Shown piece after piece: positions 22,144-34,610 of a DNA stretch of 64,000 nt. Position 1 is the stretch's first letter. Each line of letters begins with the position of its first letter. Under the pieces are notes generated by a model. The model ran no database searches. It worked only from the letters and a program-made list of their open reading frames with translations, and was not told where the DNA came from. A program made the position numbers and the translations under genes. The DNA comes from Malacoraja senta. Its lineage: Eukaryota. The DNA lies in assembly GCA_038087875.1 (NCBI GenBank), contig CM075996.1:8000001-8064000 (forward strand), written 5' to 3'.

Positions 22144-23276
22144 GAAACGCTGCCTATTTCCTTCGCTCCATAGATGCTGTCCCACCCGCTGAGTTTCTCC
22201 AGCAGTTTTGTGTACCTTCGATTTTCCAGCATCTGAAGTTCCTTCTTAATCACAAATGATGTAGCTGCCTCTGGTGGCTTTTATGGGACCATCGTAGTCT
22301 TGTAGTTAGAATTTACTATGCACATTGGTGTCAGGGGTTATGGGGCGAAGGCATGAGAATGCTGTTGACAAAGATAGACCAGCCATGATCTAAGACCCAG
22401 ACTTCGGCCCATGAAGTCTGCTCCACCTGGCTGATCTATTCTTCCCTCTCAACACCATTCTCCTGCCTTCTCCCCGTAACCTTAGGTACCCTTCCTAATA
22501 AAGAACCTGTCTATCGCCGCTTAAAAACAAACAATGATTTGGCCTTCGCGGCCGTCTGTGGCAATGAATCCCTCAGGTTCACCATCCTATATTCTCTTTA
22601 GTTTAGCTTAGAGATACACTTTAGCTAGAGATACAGCATGGAAACATCTGCACCGACCAGCGATTCCCGCACATTAACACGCTAGAGACAATTTCCATTT
22701 ATACCAATCCAATTAACATACAAACATCCGAAACGTCACCCATTCCTTCTGTCCAGAGATGCTGCCTGTCCCGCTGAGTTACTCCAGTTTTTTGTGTCAA
22801 TCTACAAACCTGTACGTCTTTGGAGTGTGGGAGGAAACCGGAGCACCTGGAGAAAACCCACGCAGGTTACGGGGAGAACCTACAAACTCCGTACAGGCAG
22901 CACCCGTAGTCAGGATCGAACCGGGCTGTAACGCAGCGACTCTACCGCGGCGCCACCGTGCCGCCCACATTGGCCCACACAGTCCGTAGTCCCAGCTGGT
23001 GAGAGGAGGGATGTTCCCCTTCACCCCTGATCAGCTGCCTGACCCCGGATTGTGTGCTGCACTGGCCGTCCCCAGAAACACACACAACACACACAGACAA
23101 CTAACTATCTCCTGGCGTTTTAAGGCAGAGATAGATTCGTGATTAGTACGCGTGTTAGGGGTCATGGGGAGGAGGCAGGAGAATGGGATTGAGAGGGAGA
23201 GATAGATCAGCCATGATTGAATGGCAGTGTAGACTTGATGGGCCGAATGGCCTAATTCTGCTCCTATCACTTATTT

Positions 23277-23895
23277 CGCCTCTACTTCCTGAGAAGATTA
23301 CGGAGAGTCAGTATGTCAAGGAGGACTCTCTCGAACTTCTACAGGTGCACAGTAGAGAACATACTGACCGGTTGTATCGTGGCTTGGTTCGGCAACTTGA
23401 TCATCCAGGAGCGGAAAGGAATGCAGAAAGTTGTGACCATTGCCCAGTCCATCATCGGCTCTGACCTCCCCACCATCGAGGGGATCTATCGTAGTCGCTG
23501 CCTCAAAAAGGCTGGCAGCATCATCAAGGTCCCACACCATCCTGGCCACACACTCATCTCTCCGTTACCATCAGGTAGAAGGTACAGGAGCCTGAAATCC
23601 GGTACATCCAGGTTCAGGAACAGCTTCTTCCCCACAGCCATCAGACTATTAAACACAACTTCAAACAAACTCTGAACTATAACAGCCTATTGCACTTTAT
23701 CTGTTATATATATAATTTATTTATATATAACAGATAAAGTGCAATATATATACACACATATGGTCTATGGTTTATAGACACACTGATCTGTTCTGTATTA
23801 TGCCTACTATATTCTGTTGTGCTGAAGCAAAGCAAGAATTTCATTGTCCTATCTGGGACACATGACAACACAACAAACTCTCTTGACTTGACTTA
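23277..23895 (+). mobile_element. Rex1/Babar-like LINE 3' fragment
   Basis: NFYRCTVENILTGCIVAWFGN...RFRNSFFPTAIRLLN; (cttga)n tail. Confidence 0.8.
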
Positions 23896-26058
23896 ACTTC
23901 GGAAAGTATCGATGTGGTGAAAGACTGGCTCCCAGCTCTCTGAAACTTGCAGTTATCCCTGAACTGGGAGCTGTCCAGCGTCCTGGTGCTGGAACCGGCG
24001 CGTCCCCCGACGCCGCGACTGTATCAACACTTCACATCGACGCATTCATAAGTCAAGAGTTAAGAGTGTTTCGGTTTGAAGCAGGGTCTCGACCCGAAAC
24101 ATCCACCATTCCTTCTCTCCAGAGATGCTGCCTGTCCCGCTGAGTTACTCCAGCATTTTGTGTCTATCTTCATGTTTAAACCAACATCTGCAGTTCCTTC
24201 CGACACAATTAAGAGTGTTTAATTGTTATATGTACCGACACAGAACAATTAGATTCTCACTTCGGCGTGGACTCGGTATTCCGAGTAACTCAACGGGTCA
24301 GGCAGCATCTTTGGAGAAAAAGGATGGATGATGCTTCGGGTCGGGACCCTTCTTCAGACTGAAAGATGTCTCTCTGTCTGTCTAAACTAAACTACTTACA
24401 GCCGCACAATAGGTTTGCAAACACAGTATTAGATAGTTAACATAATAAAGAAACAAAAAAGGAATTGGATAAATAAACATTATATATTTTCAAATTTTTA
24501 AGACAAAAAAATCCTCTCCCTTTAAATTCTCCTGGTTACCTGAAGTTACTCACAAGTCCTCCCCGAGTTCCGTACGCCCGACTTATGAACAGCCTGTACA
24601 TACGAACGGGCACCTGGGGAGGGCTGCAGAATGGGCTAGCCGGCGGCCACGGGCATCTTCTGCCGGGCCGGAGCGGGGCATGTCCGCCCGCCTTCTGTCC
24701 CCACTCCTCCCGCTACAAGCGGGATTGCTGGAGCTGAGCCGGGGGGGCACTGAGCAGACTCACTCACTCCCCGAGTCAGCGAGCTCGGCCGGCGGCCGCT
24801 CTCTCCACATTTACTCGCTTCCCCCGTCACCGCCGTTTCTGTGATCCCCTCCCACACTCTGTTTCTGCTCGTTTTCCGTAACAGTCCGGGCTACGGACAG
24901 TTGTCAGGAACGGAAGGCTCCCACAACCCGGACAGGAGCTGAAGCCTTTGTTCTTGTCCTCCCTTTACACGTTGCATTTTAACGAGGACATCTACTATTA
25001 TGTTGTACGACATCTAAATACAGTCACAAGGCCATAGCGTCACAAGTGATAGGAGCAGAATTAGGCCATTCGGCCCATCAAGTCTACTCCGCCATTCAAT
25101 CATGGCTGATCTATCTCTCCCTCCTAACCCCATTCTCCTGCCTTCTCCCCATAACCCCCGACACACGAATTAATTGAATTAAAAATGTGTTTAGTTTAGT
25201 TTAGTTTCCAACGAAAAATGTGACAATAAACGAAACTATTAATGTTTTAATGGGATAGCTATTTTCTATTTCAGAATATCTTATCCACAACCATTAAAGT
25301 TTAAAACACATAGATGAAGAATGTTCAAGTCAATATTTTTAAAACAAGTAATGTTAGTCTATCACTTAAAATTAGCATATTAGCGGTTATTACCTATTTA
25401 AAACAGAGCAACAAATTTGTGTGCAAAGGAGGTTCTTAAACTAAGGCCCTTCCCCACAGAGCTCCCACAATATTTTGCTAAAACAATACAATACTCACTA
25501 TTTTAGATACAGTCTGAAGAAGGGTCCTGACCCGAAATATTATCTGTCCATTCCCCCCCACAGATAAAGACACAAAGTGCTGGAGTAACTCCGCGGGTCA
25601 GGCAGCATCGCAAAGGAACAGTTGACGTTTTGAGTCGGAACCCTTCTTCAGATTGCAGGGAGTCGCTGAAGCTCGCTGCAGCCAACACCCAGGCTCTGTG
25701 GGGGAGGACCACAGGCTAGGGTCCTTCCGCAGTGGGACATTGGGGGAAGGGCATGGTGGAGATATCAACCAAGTGATATCAACCCAGAAGGCCTAACATC
25801 TTAGACGGACCATGGATAGGACAGGTTTGGTGGGATATGGACCAAATGCTGGCAGGTGGGACTAGTGTAGCTGGGTCATGTTGGCCGGTGTGGGCAAGTT
25901 GGGCTGAGGAGCCTGTTTCAACAGTGTATCACTCCGTGACTCTATGACCTGTGGTGTATAACCACACGAGGTTGAGCAATAACTGGTCTGTGATTTTATT
26001 TTTTACATTTTTTTAATTTATTCGGGTAATAAATATATACAATATTTTATTTATATAC

Positions 26059-27725
26059 GGGGGTTAAATGAGATGGAGGAACTGAGTGAAATCCAGGTTA
26101 GCCGGGAAGTGGTGTTAGGTAAATTGAATGAATTAAAGGCCGATAAATCCCCAGGGCCGGATAAGTTGCATCCCAGAGTACTTAAGGAAGTAGCCGCAGA
26201 AATAGTGGATGCATTAGTGATAATTTTTCAAATCTCTTTAGATTCTGGAGTAGTTCCTGAGGACTGGAGGGTAGCTAATGTAACCCCACTTTTTAAAAAG
26301 GGAGGGAGAGAGAAAACGGGGAATTACAGACCAGTTAGTCTAACATCGGTGGTGGGGAAAATTCTGGAGTCAGTTATTAAAGATGGGATAGCAGCACATT
26401 TGGAAAGTGGTGAGTTCATTGGACAAAGTCAGCATGGATTTATGAAAGGTAAATCATGTCTGACAAATCTTATAGAATTTTTCGAGGATGTAGAGTGGCT
26501 AAGGGAGAACCAGTGGACGTGTTATATCTGGACTTTCAGAAGGCTTTCGACAAGGTCCCACATAAGAGATTAGCATACAAACGTAAAGCACATGGTATTG
26601 GGGGTTCAGTATTGATGTGGATAGAGAACTGGCTGGCAGACAGGAAGCAAAGTGTAGGAGTAAACGGGTCCTTTTCAGAATGGCAGGCAGTGACTAGTGG
26701 GGTACCGCAAGGCTCAGTGCTGAGCACTGTCCCCAGCTATTTACAATATATATGAATGAACTGGATGAGGGAATTGAATGCAACATCTCCAAGTTTGCGG
26801 ATGACACGAAGCTGGGGGGCAGTGTTAGCTGTGAGGAGGATGCTAGGAGGCTGCAAGGTGACTTGGATAGGTTGGGTGAGTGGGCAAAGGCATGGCAGAT
26901 GCAGTATAATGTGGATAAATGTGAGGTTATCCACTTTGGTGGTAAAAACAGGAAAGTAGACTATTATCTGAATGGTGGCCGATTAGGAAAAGGGGAGATG
27001 CAACGAGACCTGGGTGTCATGGTACACCAGTCATTGAAAGTAGGAATGCAGGTGCAGCAGGCAGTGAAGAAAGCAAATGGTATGTTAGCATTCATAGCAA
27101 AAGGATTTGAGTATAAGAGCAGGGAGGTTCTACTGCAGTTGTACAGGGTCTTGGTGAGACCACACCTGGAGTATTGCGTACAGTTTTGGTCTCCTAATCT
27201 GAGGAAAGACATTCTTGCCATAGAGGGAGTACAGAGAAGGTTCACCAGACTGATTCCTGGGATGGCAGGACTTTCATATGAGGAAAGACTGGATAGACTC
27301 GGCTTGTACACATTGGAATTCAGAAGACTGAGGGGGGATCTTATAGAAACTTACAAAATTCTTAAGGGGTTGGACAGGCTAGATGCAGGAAGATTATTCC
27401 CGATGTTGGGGCAGTCCAGAACTAGGGGGTCACAGTTTAAGGATAAGAGGGAAGACTTTTAGGACCGAGATGAGGAAATCATTTTTTACACAGAGAGTGG
27501 TGAATCTGTGGAATTCTCTGCCACAGAAGGTAGTTGAGGCCAGTTCATTGGCTATATTTAAGAGGGAGTTAGATGTGGCCCTTGTGGCTAAAGGGATCAG
27601 GGGGTATGGAGAGAAGTCAGGTACAGGATACTGAGTTGGATGATCAGCCATGATCATATCAAATGGCGGTGCAGGCTCGAAGGGCCGAATGGCCTACTCC
27701 TGCACCTATTTTCTATGTTTCTATG
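26059..27725 (+). mobile_element. CR1-clade LINE, 5'-truncated RT region with frameshifts
   Basis: [51 protein letters not shown]; (ctatgttt)n tail. Confidence 0.92.
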
Positions 27726-28889
27726 AACCGTGCGACAAATTCATCCGACATTTCCGGAAGCTATACAGATATTTCAATGCAGTCTACATACGTTGCTCAA
27801 ATTTCACGAATCTGTCCCCCACCCGTGCCACTCATGTGGCCCCCTGGCGTGGAATCCCTTCCCTTATTTTGAGGGGCGTCTCCACCACACCCTGCCCCCT
27901 ATGTCCAGCAGCGGAAGGACCCTAGACTGTGGTCCTCCTCCACCGAGCCTTGGCGTTGGCTGCACCAAGCTTCAGTGCGTCCCTCAGCACGTACTCCTGC
28001 AGTCTGCAGCGGGCCAGTCGGCAACATTCCCCGACGGACATCTCACTCCGCTGGGTGGTGAACAACGCTCGGGCAGACCAAAGGGCGTCTTTCACCGAGT
28101 TGATGACCCTCCAGCAGCACTCGATGTCAGTCTCTGAATGTGTCCCTGGGAACAGTCCGTAAATCACAGAGTCCTCTGTGACGGAGCTGTTTGGAATAAA
28201 GCGTTCCAGGGACCCTTGCAGACCTCTCCAGACTCTCTTTGCAAATCCACACTCCGCAAAGAGGTGGGCAACCGTCTCCTCTCCATAGCAGCCGTCCCGA
28301 GGGCAGCGTGCGCTGGTAGTGAGGTTCCGACGGTGCAGGAAGGATCTGACTGGGAGGGCTCCCTTCACCGCCAGCCAAGCCAGGTCTTGGAGCTTGTTGG
28401 TGAGTTCTGGCGATGAGGCATTTTGCCAGACAAGCTGGGCAGTCTGCTCTGGGAACCACGCCACCGGATCCATCGAGTCCTTTCCCTGCAGTGCCTGCAG
28501 GACATTCGGTGCTGACCATTGCCCGATGGACTTGTGGTCAAAGGTGTTGGTCCGGAAGAACCTTTCCACAGACGACAGATGGGGCGGCAATGTCCAGCTG
28601 ACTGGCACATTGCGTGGCATCTGCGCCAGGCCCATCCTTCGCAACACTGGGGACAGGTAGAACCTCAGCAGGTAGTGACACTTGGTGCCCACGTGCCTTG
28701 GCTCTACACTCCACCTGATGCAGCCACACTCGAAGGTGGCCATCAGGGCGAGGGCGACGTTGGGCACGCTTTTACCCCCCTTGTCTACCGACTTGTGCAT
28801 TGTGGCCCGTCGCACCCGGTCTATCCTCGACCCCCAGATGAACTGGAAGACGGCCCGGGTGATCCCTGTGGCGTAGGAGGGAGGGACAG

Positions 28890-29078
28890 TGTAGATTAGT
28901 GGCTCATGCTATGAGTCATGCATTTGTAGTTACGCCCACTAGCTTGTTAGCGCCTGCTGCATTCCGCTAGTCTTAAAGTGAACTCTTAAGTGAGAAGTTG
29001 TATTGCTTGTACCCAATAAACTCTATATAACCTGACATGGTGTGAGGCCACTGTTATTATAAGGACTACAAATCGACA
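28890..29078 (+). mobile_element. 189-bp solo LTR
   Basis: TG...CA ends with inverted termini tgtagatt/aatcgaca, internal AATAAA, perfect 5-bp TSD GACAG; the host frame AQVWPVPPSYA is restored on removal. Confidence 0.8.
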
Positions 29079-29905
29079 GACAGGCCACACTTGTGCCAAG
29101 TACAGTAGCCCTGAGAGCACCTCACACCTGATGACTACATTTGTCCCGGTTATGGAGAGGGAGCGCTACTTCCACAGCTCCAGCTTCTTCCCCACCTTGG
29201 CTATCCATCCGCTCCAGCCAATTCTTGTCACATGCCTCAGCCCCCCCCTCCCCCGAACCAGATCCCCAGCACCTTCAAGAAGTCAGGCTTGATGGTGAAG
29301 GGGACGGAAGATCGGTCGGGCCAGTTGCCAAAGAGCATGGCCTCGCTCTTCCTGCGGTTCACCCAGGCTCCCGTGGCCGACTCAAACTGGTCGCAGAAGC
29401 TGATCAATCTGCGGACCGACCCTGGATCTGAGCAGAAGATGGCGACTGTGATGCTGTTGGATGCAGTCTGGAATGGGTCAGTCAGCAACATTCCCTGACC
29501 AACACCATGCTCTTGTACTCCAGGTGCCCAGGGAGATAAACTGTTGCTGTACTGTTCGATGTTCTACGTAATTGACAGATGTTTTCTATCTGGGGCACCA
29601 GTGCTTCAATGTCACCTGCCAACACTCCCTCGCCTTAGAGCTCCAGCTGTACCTAGTGAGGGGCGTGGTGGAGTATTGCCGCATCAGCATCAGCGGAAAT
29701 GATTGAGAGCTTCCTCAACATAAATATTGATCTGTCATGGATCCACCACATTGGTGCGACTGGTAAGAAGGCACACCATTATCGCCACTTCCATTATCTC
29801 CATTATCTATACTTCCATGGAAAACAGATGAAATTCAGCATTTTACTAATAATTCTTACAAATTTCTAAAGATGCACCACAGGAAGAATACTGTCAGTTC
29901 CATGA

Positions 29906-31566
29906 GTTTAGTTTAGTTTATTATTGTCATGTGTACAAAGGTACAGTGGAAAATCTTTGTTTGCATGCTATCCAGTCTAATAAAAGACTATGCATGAACA
30001 CAATCAAACCGTCCACAGAGCACAGATTAAAGACGCAGAGGCAGTGATGTGCTTTCTTGGCCATAGCTTCGATGAGGCTGTTTCAGGACAAGTTGCTGTG
30101 ATATTTATTCCAAGAAACTTGGAGCTTTCGACCATCAATGTAGACGAGGGTATGTGTACCACTTCGCTTCCTGAAGTCAATGGCCATCTCCTTTGTCTTG
30201 CCGTACACTCTGGAGTTTAGAAGGATAAGAGGGGATCTTATTGAAACACATAAGATTGTTAAGGGTTTGGACATGCTAGAGGCAGGAAACATGTTCCCGA
30301 TGTTGGGGGAGTCCAGAACCAGGGGCCACAGTTTAAGAATAAGGAGTAAGCCATTTAGAACGGAGATGAGGAAACACTTTTTCTCACAGAGAGTGGTGAG
30401 TCGGTGGAATTCTCTGCCTCAGAGGGCGGTGGAGGCCGGTTCTCTGGATACTTTCAAGAGAGAGCTAGATAGGGCTCTTAAAGATAGCGGAGTCAGGGGA
30501 TATGGAGAGAAGGCAGGAACGGGGTACTGATTGGGGATGATCAGCCATGATCACATTGAATGGTGGTGTTGGCTCGAAAGGCCGAATGACCTACTCCTGC
30601 ACCTATTGTCTATTGTCTATTGACATTGAGGAAGAGGTTATTGCCTTGGCACCAAGTTCTCAATCTCCTTTCCTCACCCCGCCTCGTCATTATTTAATAT
30701 CCAGCACACAAATTTGTAGATTGAGTCATGTGTGTATAAGGAGTATAGTAGGGGGCTGAGAACTTATCCTTGCAAGTGTTGAGAATTATCGCAGAGGATG
30801 ATTTGTCACCTATCCTCACTGATTGTGGTCTGTTGGTTCGGAAGTCGAGGATCCAGTTGCAGAAGGGTGCTGTCTTGGTTGGGATAATGGCTCGAAAGCA
30901 GAGCTATTGTCCGTGAATAGGAGTCTGATGTAGGTGTCCTTCTTATCCAGGTGCTCCAGGGATGAGTGCAGGCCCAAGGAGATGGCATAAGCCGTGGACC
31001 ACTGCATTGGATCAAGTAGGCGAGCTGCAGTAGATCAAGGCTACACTTTAGGTTGTGAGCCATAACCAGCCTCTCAAAGCACTTCATGATGGTGGACGTC
31101 AAGGCCACTGGCCGGTAGTCGTTAAGGTATGAGAGCTTGCTTTTCTTCGGCACCGGGAAGATAGTGGTCTTCTTGAAGCAGGTGGGTACCTCAGAATGGA
31201 CTAAGGAGGGGTTAAAGATGTCCGTGAACACTCCCGCTAGCTGGTCCACACAGTTCCCAAGTACGCGGCCAGGGGCTTTACCTGGGCCCGTTGCTTTCCG
31301 ACGGTTCACCCTCAGGAAGGGCGCTATTACTTCTGCAACAGCCACCCTGGAAAGAGGCACACTCAAGTCTGTCGGGACAGGTGTCATCACCCTGTTGGCC
31401 TTCTGCTCAAAGTGAACAGACATTAAGTTTATCAGGGAGGGCAGTACTATCATCAGTGATGCTGCCTGACTTGGCTTTGTAGCCTGTTATAGTATTCAAT
31501 CCTTGCCATAGTCGACCAGTGTCCAAGTGGTTATGCTGGGGCTCGAGTTTGTCCCTGTATTGTCTC
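29906..31566 (-). mobile_element. Decayed Rex1/Babar-like LINE, itself interrupted by CR1 (about 30200-30620) and nested in an older plus-strand copy
   Basis: Minus-strand RKATGPGKAPGRVL...NDYRPVALTSTIMKCFERL; (taaac)n tail at the left end. Confidence 0.7.
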
Positions 31567-32457
31567 TTGGTTTGGGAACAGCTTTGCCAAAGAGTTGTGG
31601 ATGTAGCCCCATCCATCACACAGATCTTACTTCCCACCATTGACACCACCTAATCTTCATTCTGCCTCAGAAAATCAGCCAACGTAATTGAAGGCCTGTC
31701 CCACCCCAGTTATTTCTCCTTCTCCTGACTCCCATCTGGTGGAACGTAAGAAGCTTGAAAACGCGCACCGCCAGACAGGAACATCTTATTCCCCTCTGTA
31801 ATCAGGTTTCTGAACGGTCCTTCCATAAGCTAGGATACTGTCCGATTCACCTCTACTCCACTGAGGACATTGGACTTTGTCTATAGAACTATTGCGTTAG
31901 AATGCGGAGAACTATATTTTAGTTTAGAGATACAGCACGGAAACAGGCCCTTCGGCCCACCGGGTCCTCGCCGACCAGCGATCCCCGCACATTAACACTA
32001 TCCTACACCCACTAGGGACAATTTTTACATTTACCAAGCCAATTAACCTACAAACCTGGACGTCTTTGGAACTTGGAACCCACGCAGGTCACGGGGAGAA
32101 CGTACAAACTCCGTACAGACAGCACCCGTAATCGGGATCGAACCCGGGTCTCCAGCGCTGCATCCGCTGTAAGGCAGCAATTCTACCGCTGCGCCACTGT
32201 GACTGCACTCTGTATCTTCCCCTTAGCTCTACCTATTGTGCTTGAGGTTGGCTTGATTGTTTTCATGTATAATATTATCTTATTTGACTGGATAGTACTC
32301 AGTACAATGACAATAATAATTCTAAATGCCCCCCCTCCTGTGTAGTGGCTCTCTATACAGGAGTTCAGGCTCAGGCTCTGGAAGAGAAACTCCCTGCAGT
32401 CCCACCCGAAACCTACAGAGGGAGCAGCTGTCCGTCCAACATTATTTTCTAACTGGG

Positions 32458-32826
32458 GATAGACACAAAATGCTGGAGCAACTCAGCGGGACAGGCAGCA
32501 TCTCTGGAGAGAAGGAATGGGTGACGTTTCGGGGTCGAGACCCTTGTTCAGACTGAGAGTCAGGGGAGAGGGAGACACAGAGATAAGGAATTGTAAGGTG
32601 TGAAAATGAGATATCAAAGGGGACGAAGTTCAAGGAAAATTTAGAATAGATCATTGTTAGCGAGGGGAAGCTGACGACGAGGCATACAAAGATAACATTT
32701 AATCAGGACAGTCAGACTGGTCGGAAAACTTGGATAGGGGATGGAGAGTGAGGGATAGCAGGGGCTACTTGAAGTTAGAGAAGTTAATATTCATACCGCT
32801 GGGTTATAAGCTGCCCAAGCGGAATA
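32458..32826 (-). mobile_element. Penelope-like element 3' fragment
   Basis: Minus-strand translation FRLGSL*PSGMNINFSNFK*, resembling the GIY-YIG C-terminus of Penelope-like ORFs, then UTR and terminal repeat. Confidence 0.68.
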
Positions 32827-32879
32827 AAGTGGGAACTGGTTTCAATGAATTAGAGGACAGCTCTCTCACCAAGGGCAGT

Positions 32880-33020
32880 CTTCTTCTTCTTGCGTATGGC
32901 ATGCACAGCTTAAAGTTGTAGGACAACTTGTTCTATTTGATCTTATTTGATTGTGCACGCCAGGTTGATTGCATTCGTTGAAACAGGGCGGACCACGTGA
33001 AGGTTGCAACCTTCCACCCC
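32880..33020 (-). mobile_element. Short ribozyme-headed retroposon (copy 2)
   Basis: 3' end gccatacgcaagaagaagaag; imperfect 12-bp TSD accaagggcagt / accaatggcaat. Confidence 0.78.
32967..33020 (-). ncRNA. Minimal HDV/CPEB3-like ribozyme motif (copy 2)
   Basis: Minus strand GGGGUGG AA GGUUGCA ACC UUCACGU GGU CCGCCCU GU UUCAA CGAA UGCAAUC; same fold as copy 1 with a compensatory P1 change. Confidence 0.8.
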
Positions 33021-33999
33021 ACCAATGGCAATGAGATGGAGACACAGGAGACTGCAGAGGCTGGAGTCCTTAAGCATTGAGGGTGACTGCTTTGTGCTGA
33101 ATCCAAGCTCAGTCCCAGGAACGGCCCTGAGATTCCCATTGCAAGAGGCCTCCTCTGCTCCAGTTCCCAATGTCTCCATCATTCACCTTGGGCATTACTG
33201 TTTCTCTCATCACAGTTGTTGCCAGACCTGCTGCGTTTTTCCATATTTTATTTATTTTTTAATCCCCATTCAAGCCCCTCAGAAGAGTGAAGATGCGTGG
33301 ATAAGACACGGCTTCTGCATTTTCCCTAGTGTCCACAATCTCTGATGCTGTGGGCAATGGGGACAACTCATTATGTGCAGCACCGTGGCACAGTTGGTAG
33401 AACCACTGCCTCATAGCGACAGAAACCCAGGTTCAATCCTGACCTTGTGTGCTATCTGTGTGGAGTTTGCACGTTCTCCCTGTGACCGAGTGAGGACTCT
33501 GGTTTCCTCCCAAATCCCCAAAACTTGTATGTCAGCAGGTTAATTAGCCTTTGTAAGTTGTCCCTGGTGTACAGGGAGTGGATGCAAAAATGGGATAATA
33601 TAGAACGCGTGTGATCGATGGTCGGCGTGGAATCTGTGGGCCAAAGGGCCTGTTTCCATGCTGTCACACTATGACACTAACTCCCTCTCACCTCCTTCAT
33701 GTAAGCCTCCCAATAGTTTAGTTTAGTTTAAATTAGAGATGCAGCGCACAAACAGGCCCTTCGGCCCACCGAGTCTACACCAACTAGTGATCACCCCGTA
33801 CACTAGCACTCTCCTGCACACTGGGGACAATTTACAATTTTTACCGAAGCCAAATTAATCTACAAACCTGTTCGTCTTTGGAGCATGGGAGGAAACTGGA
33901 GCACCCGGAGAAAATCCATGCGGTAGCTCGCGCTCCTTTCTAAGGTATTCTGATAAATCTCTGCCACCTGCACAAGCCCCTCCTGTGAGCCAGTTGTCC

Positions 34000-34610
34000 A
34001 CATCAGTTCTTGATGACCACATCTGAGCTTGATATCCACATCCGTTCTTGATGCCCACATCTGTTCTTGATGTTCGCATCTGGGGGTGGTCCACATCTGT
34101 TCTTGATGTTTGCATCTGGGGGTGGTCCACATCTGTTCTTGATGGTCACATCTGGGGGTGGTCCACATCTGTTCTTGATGGTCACATCTGGGGGTGGTCC
34201 ACATCTGTTCTTGATGTTCGCATCTGGGGGGTGGTCCACATCTGTTCTTGATGTTCACATCTGGGGTGGTCAACATCTGTTCTTGATGGTCACATCTGGG
34301 GGTGGTCCACATCTGTTCTTGATGTTCGCATCTGGGGGTGGTCCACATCTGTTCTTGATGGTCACATCTGGGGGTGGTCAACATTTGTTCTTAATGTTCA
34401 CATCCGTTCTTGAAGTTCACATCTGGGGGTGATGTCCACATCTGTTCTTGATGCCCACATCTGTTCTTGGTTCACCACAGAGCTTGATGCCCACCCCTGG
34501 GATTGATGACCATATTTTGCGGGTGATGTCGCACACCTGGATTTGTTCACATCTGGGCTTGTTGTAAACACACCTGGGATTGATGTCCACATCTGTGCTT
34601 GATGCTTCCC
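34000..34610. repeat. 36-bp minisatellite built from two related 18-bp halves
   Basis: Unit cacatctgggggtggtccacatctgttcttgatggt; about 10 clean copies at 34075-34450 with degenerate edges. Confidence 0.9.

Larger units (their letters stand above)
25995..29510 (-). mobile_element. Tx1-like (L1 clade) LINE 3' part, interrupted by CR1 (26059-27725) and a solo LTR
   Basis: ORF 27922-28815 has a zf-RVT-type CPRDGC...ETVAHLFAEC motif; upstream frameshifted RT-tail pieces; poly(A)-like end at about 25995-26022. Confidence 0.78.

Noticed and set aside
24553..24941. GC-rich segment resembling a CpG island or promoter
   Set aside because: Ends resemble degenerate Tigger-like termini; too weak to call as either promoter or transposon
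29640..32310. Apparent twin-priming 5' inversion of a LINE
   Set aside because: Better explained as a minus-strand LINE with its own tail (29906-31566) nested in an older plus-strand copy whose sequence continues across the insertion
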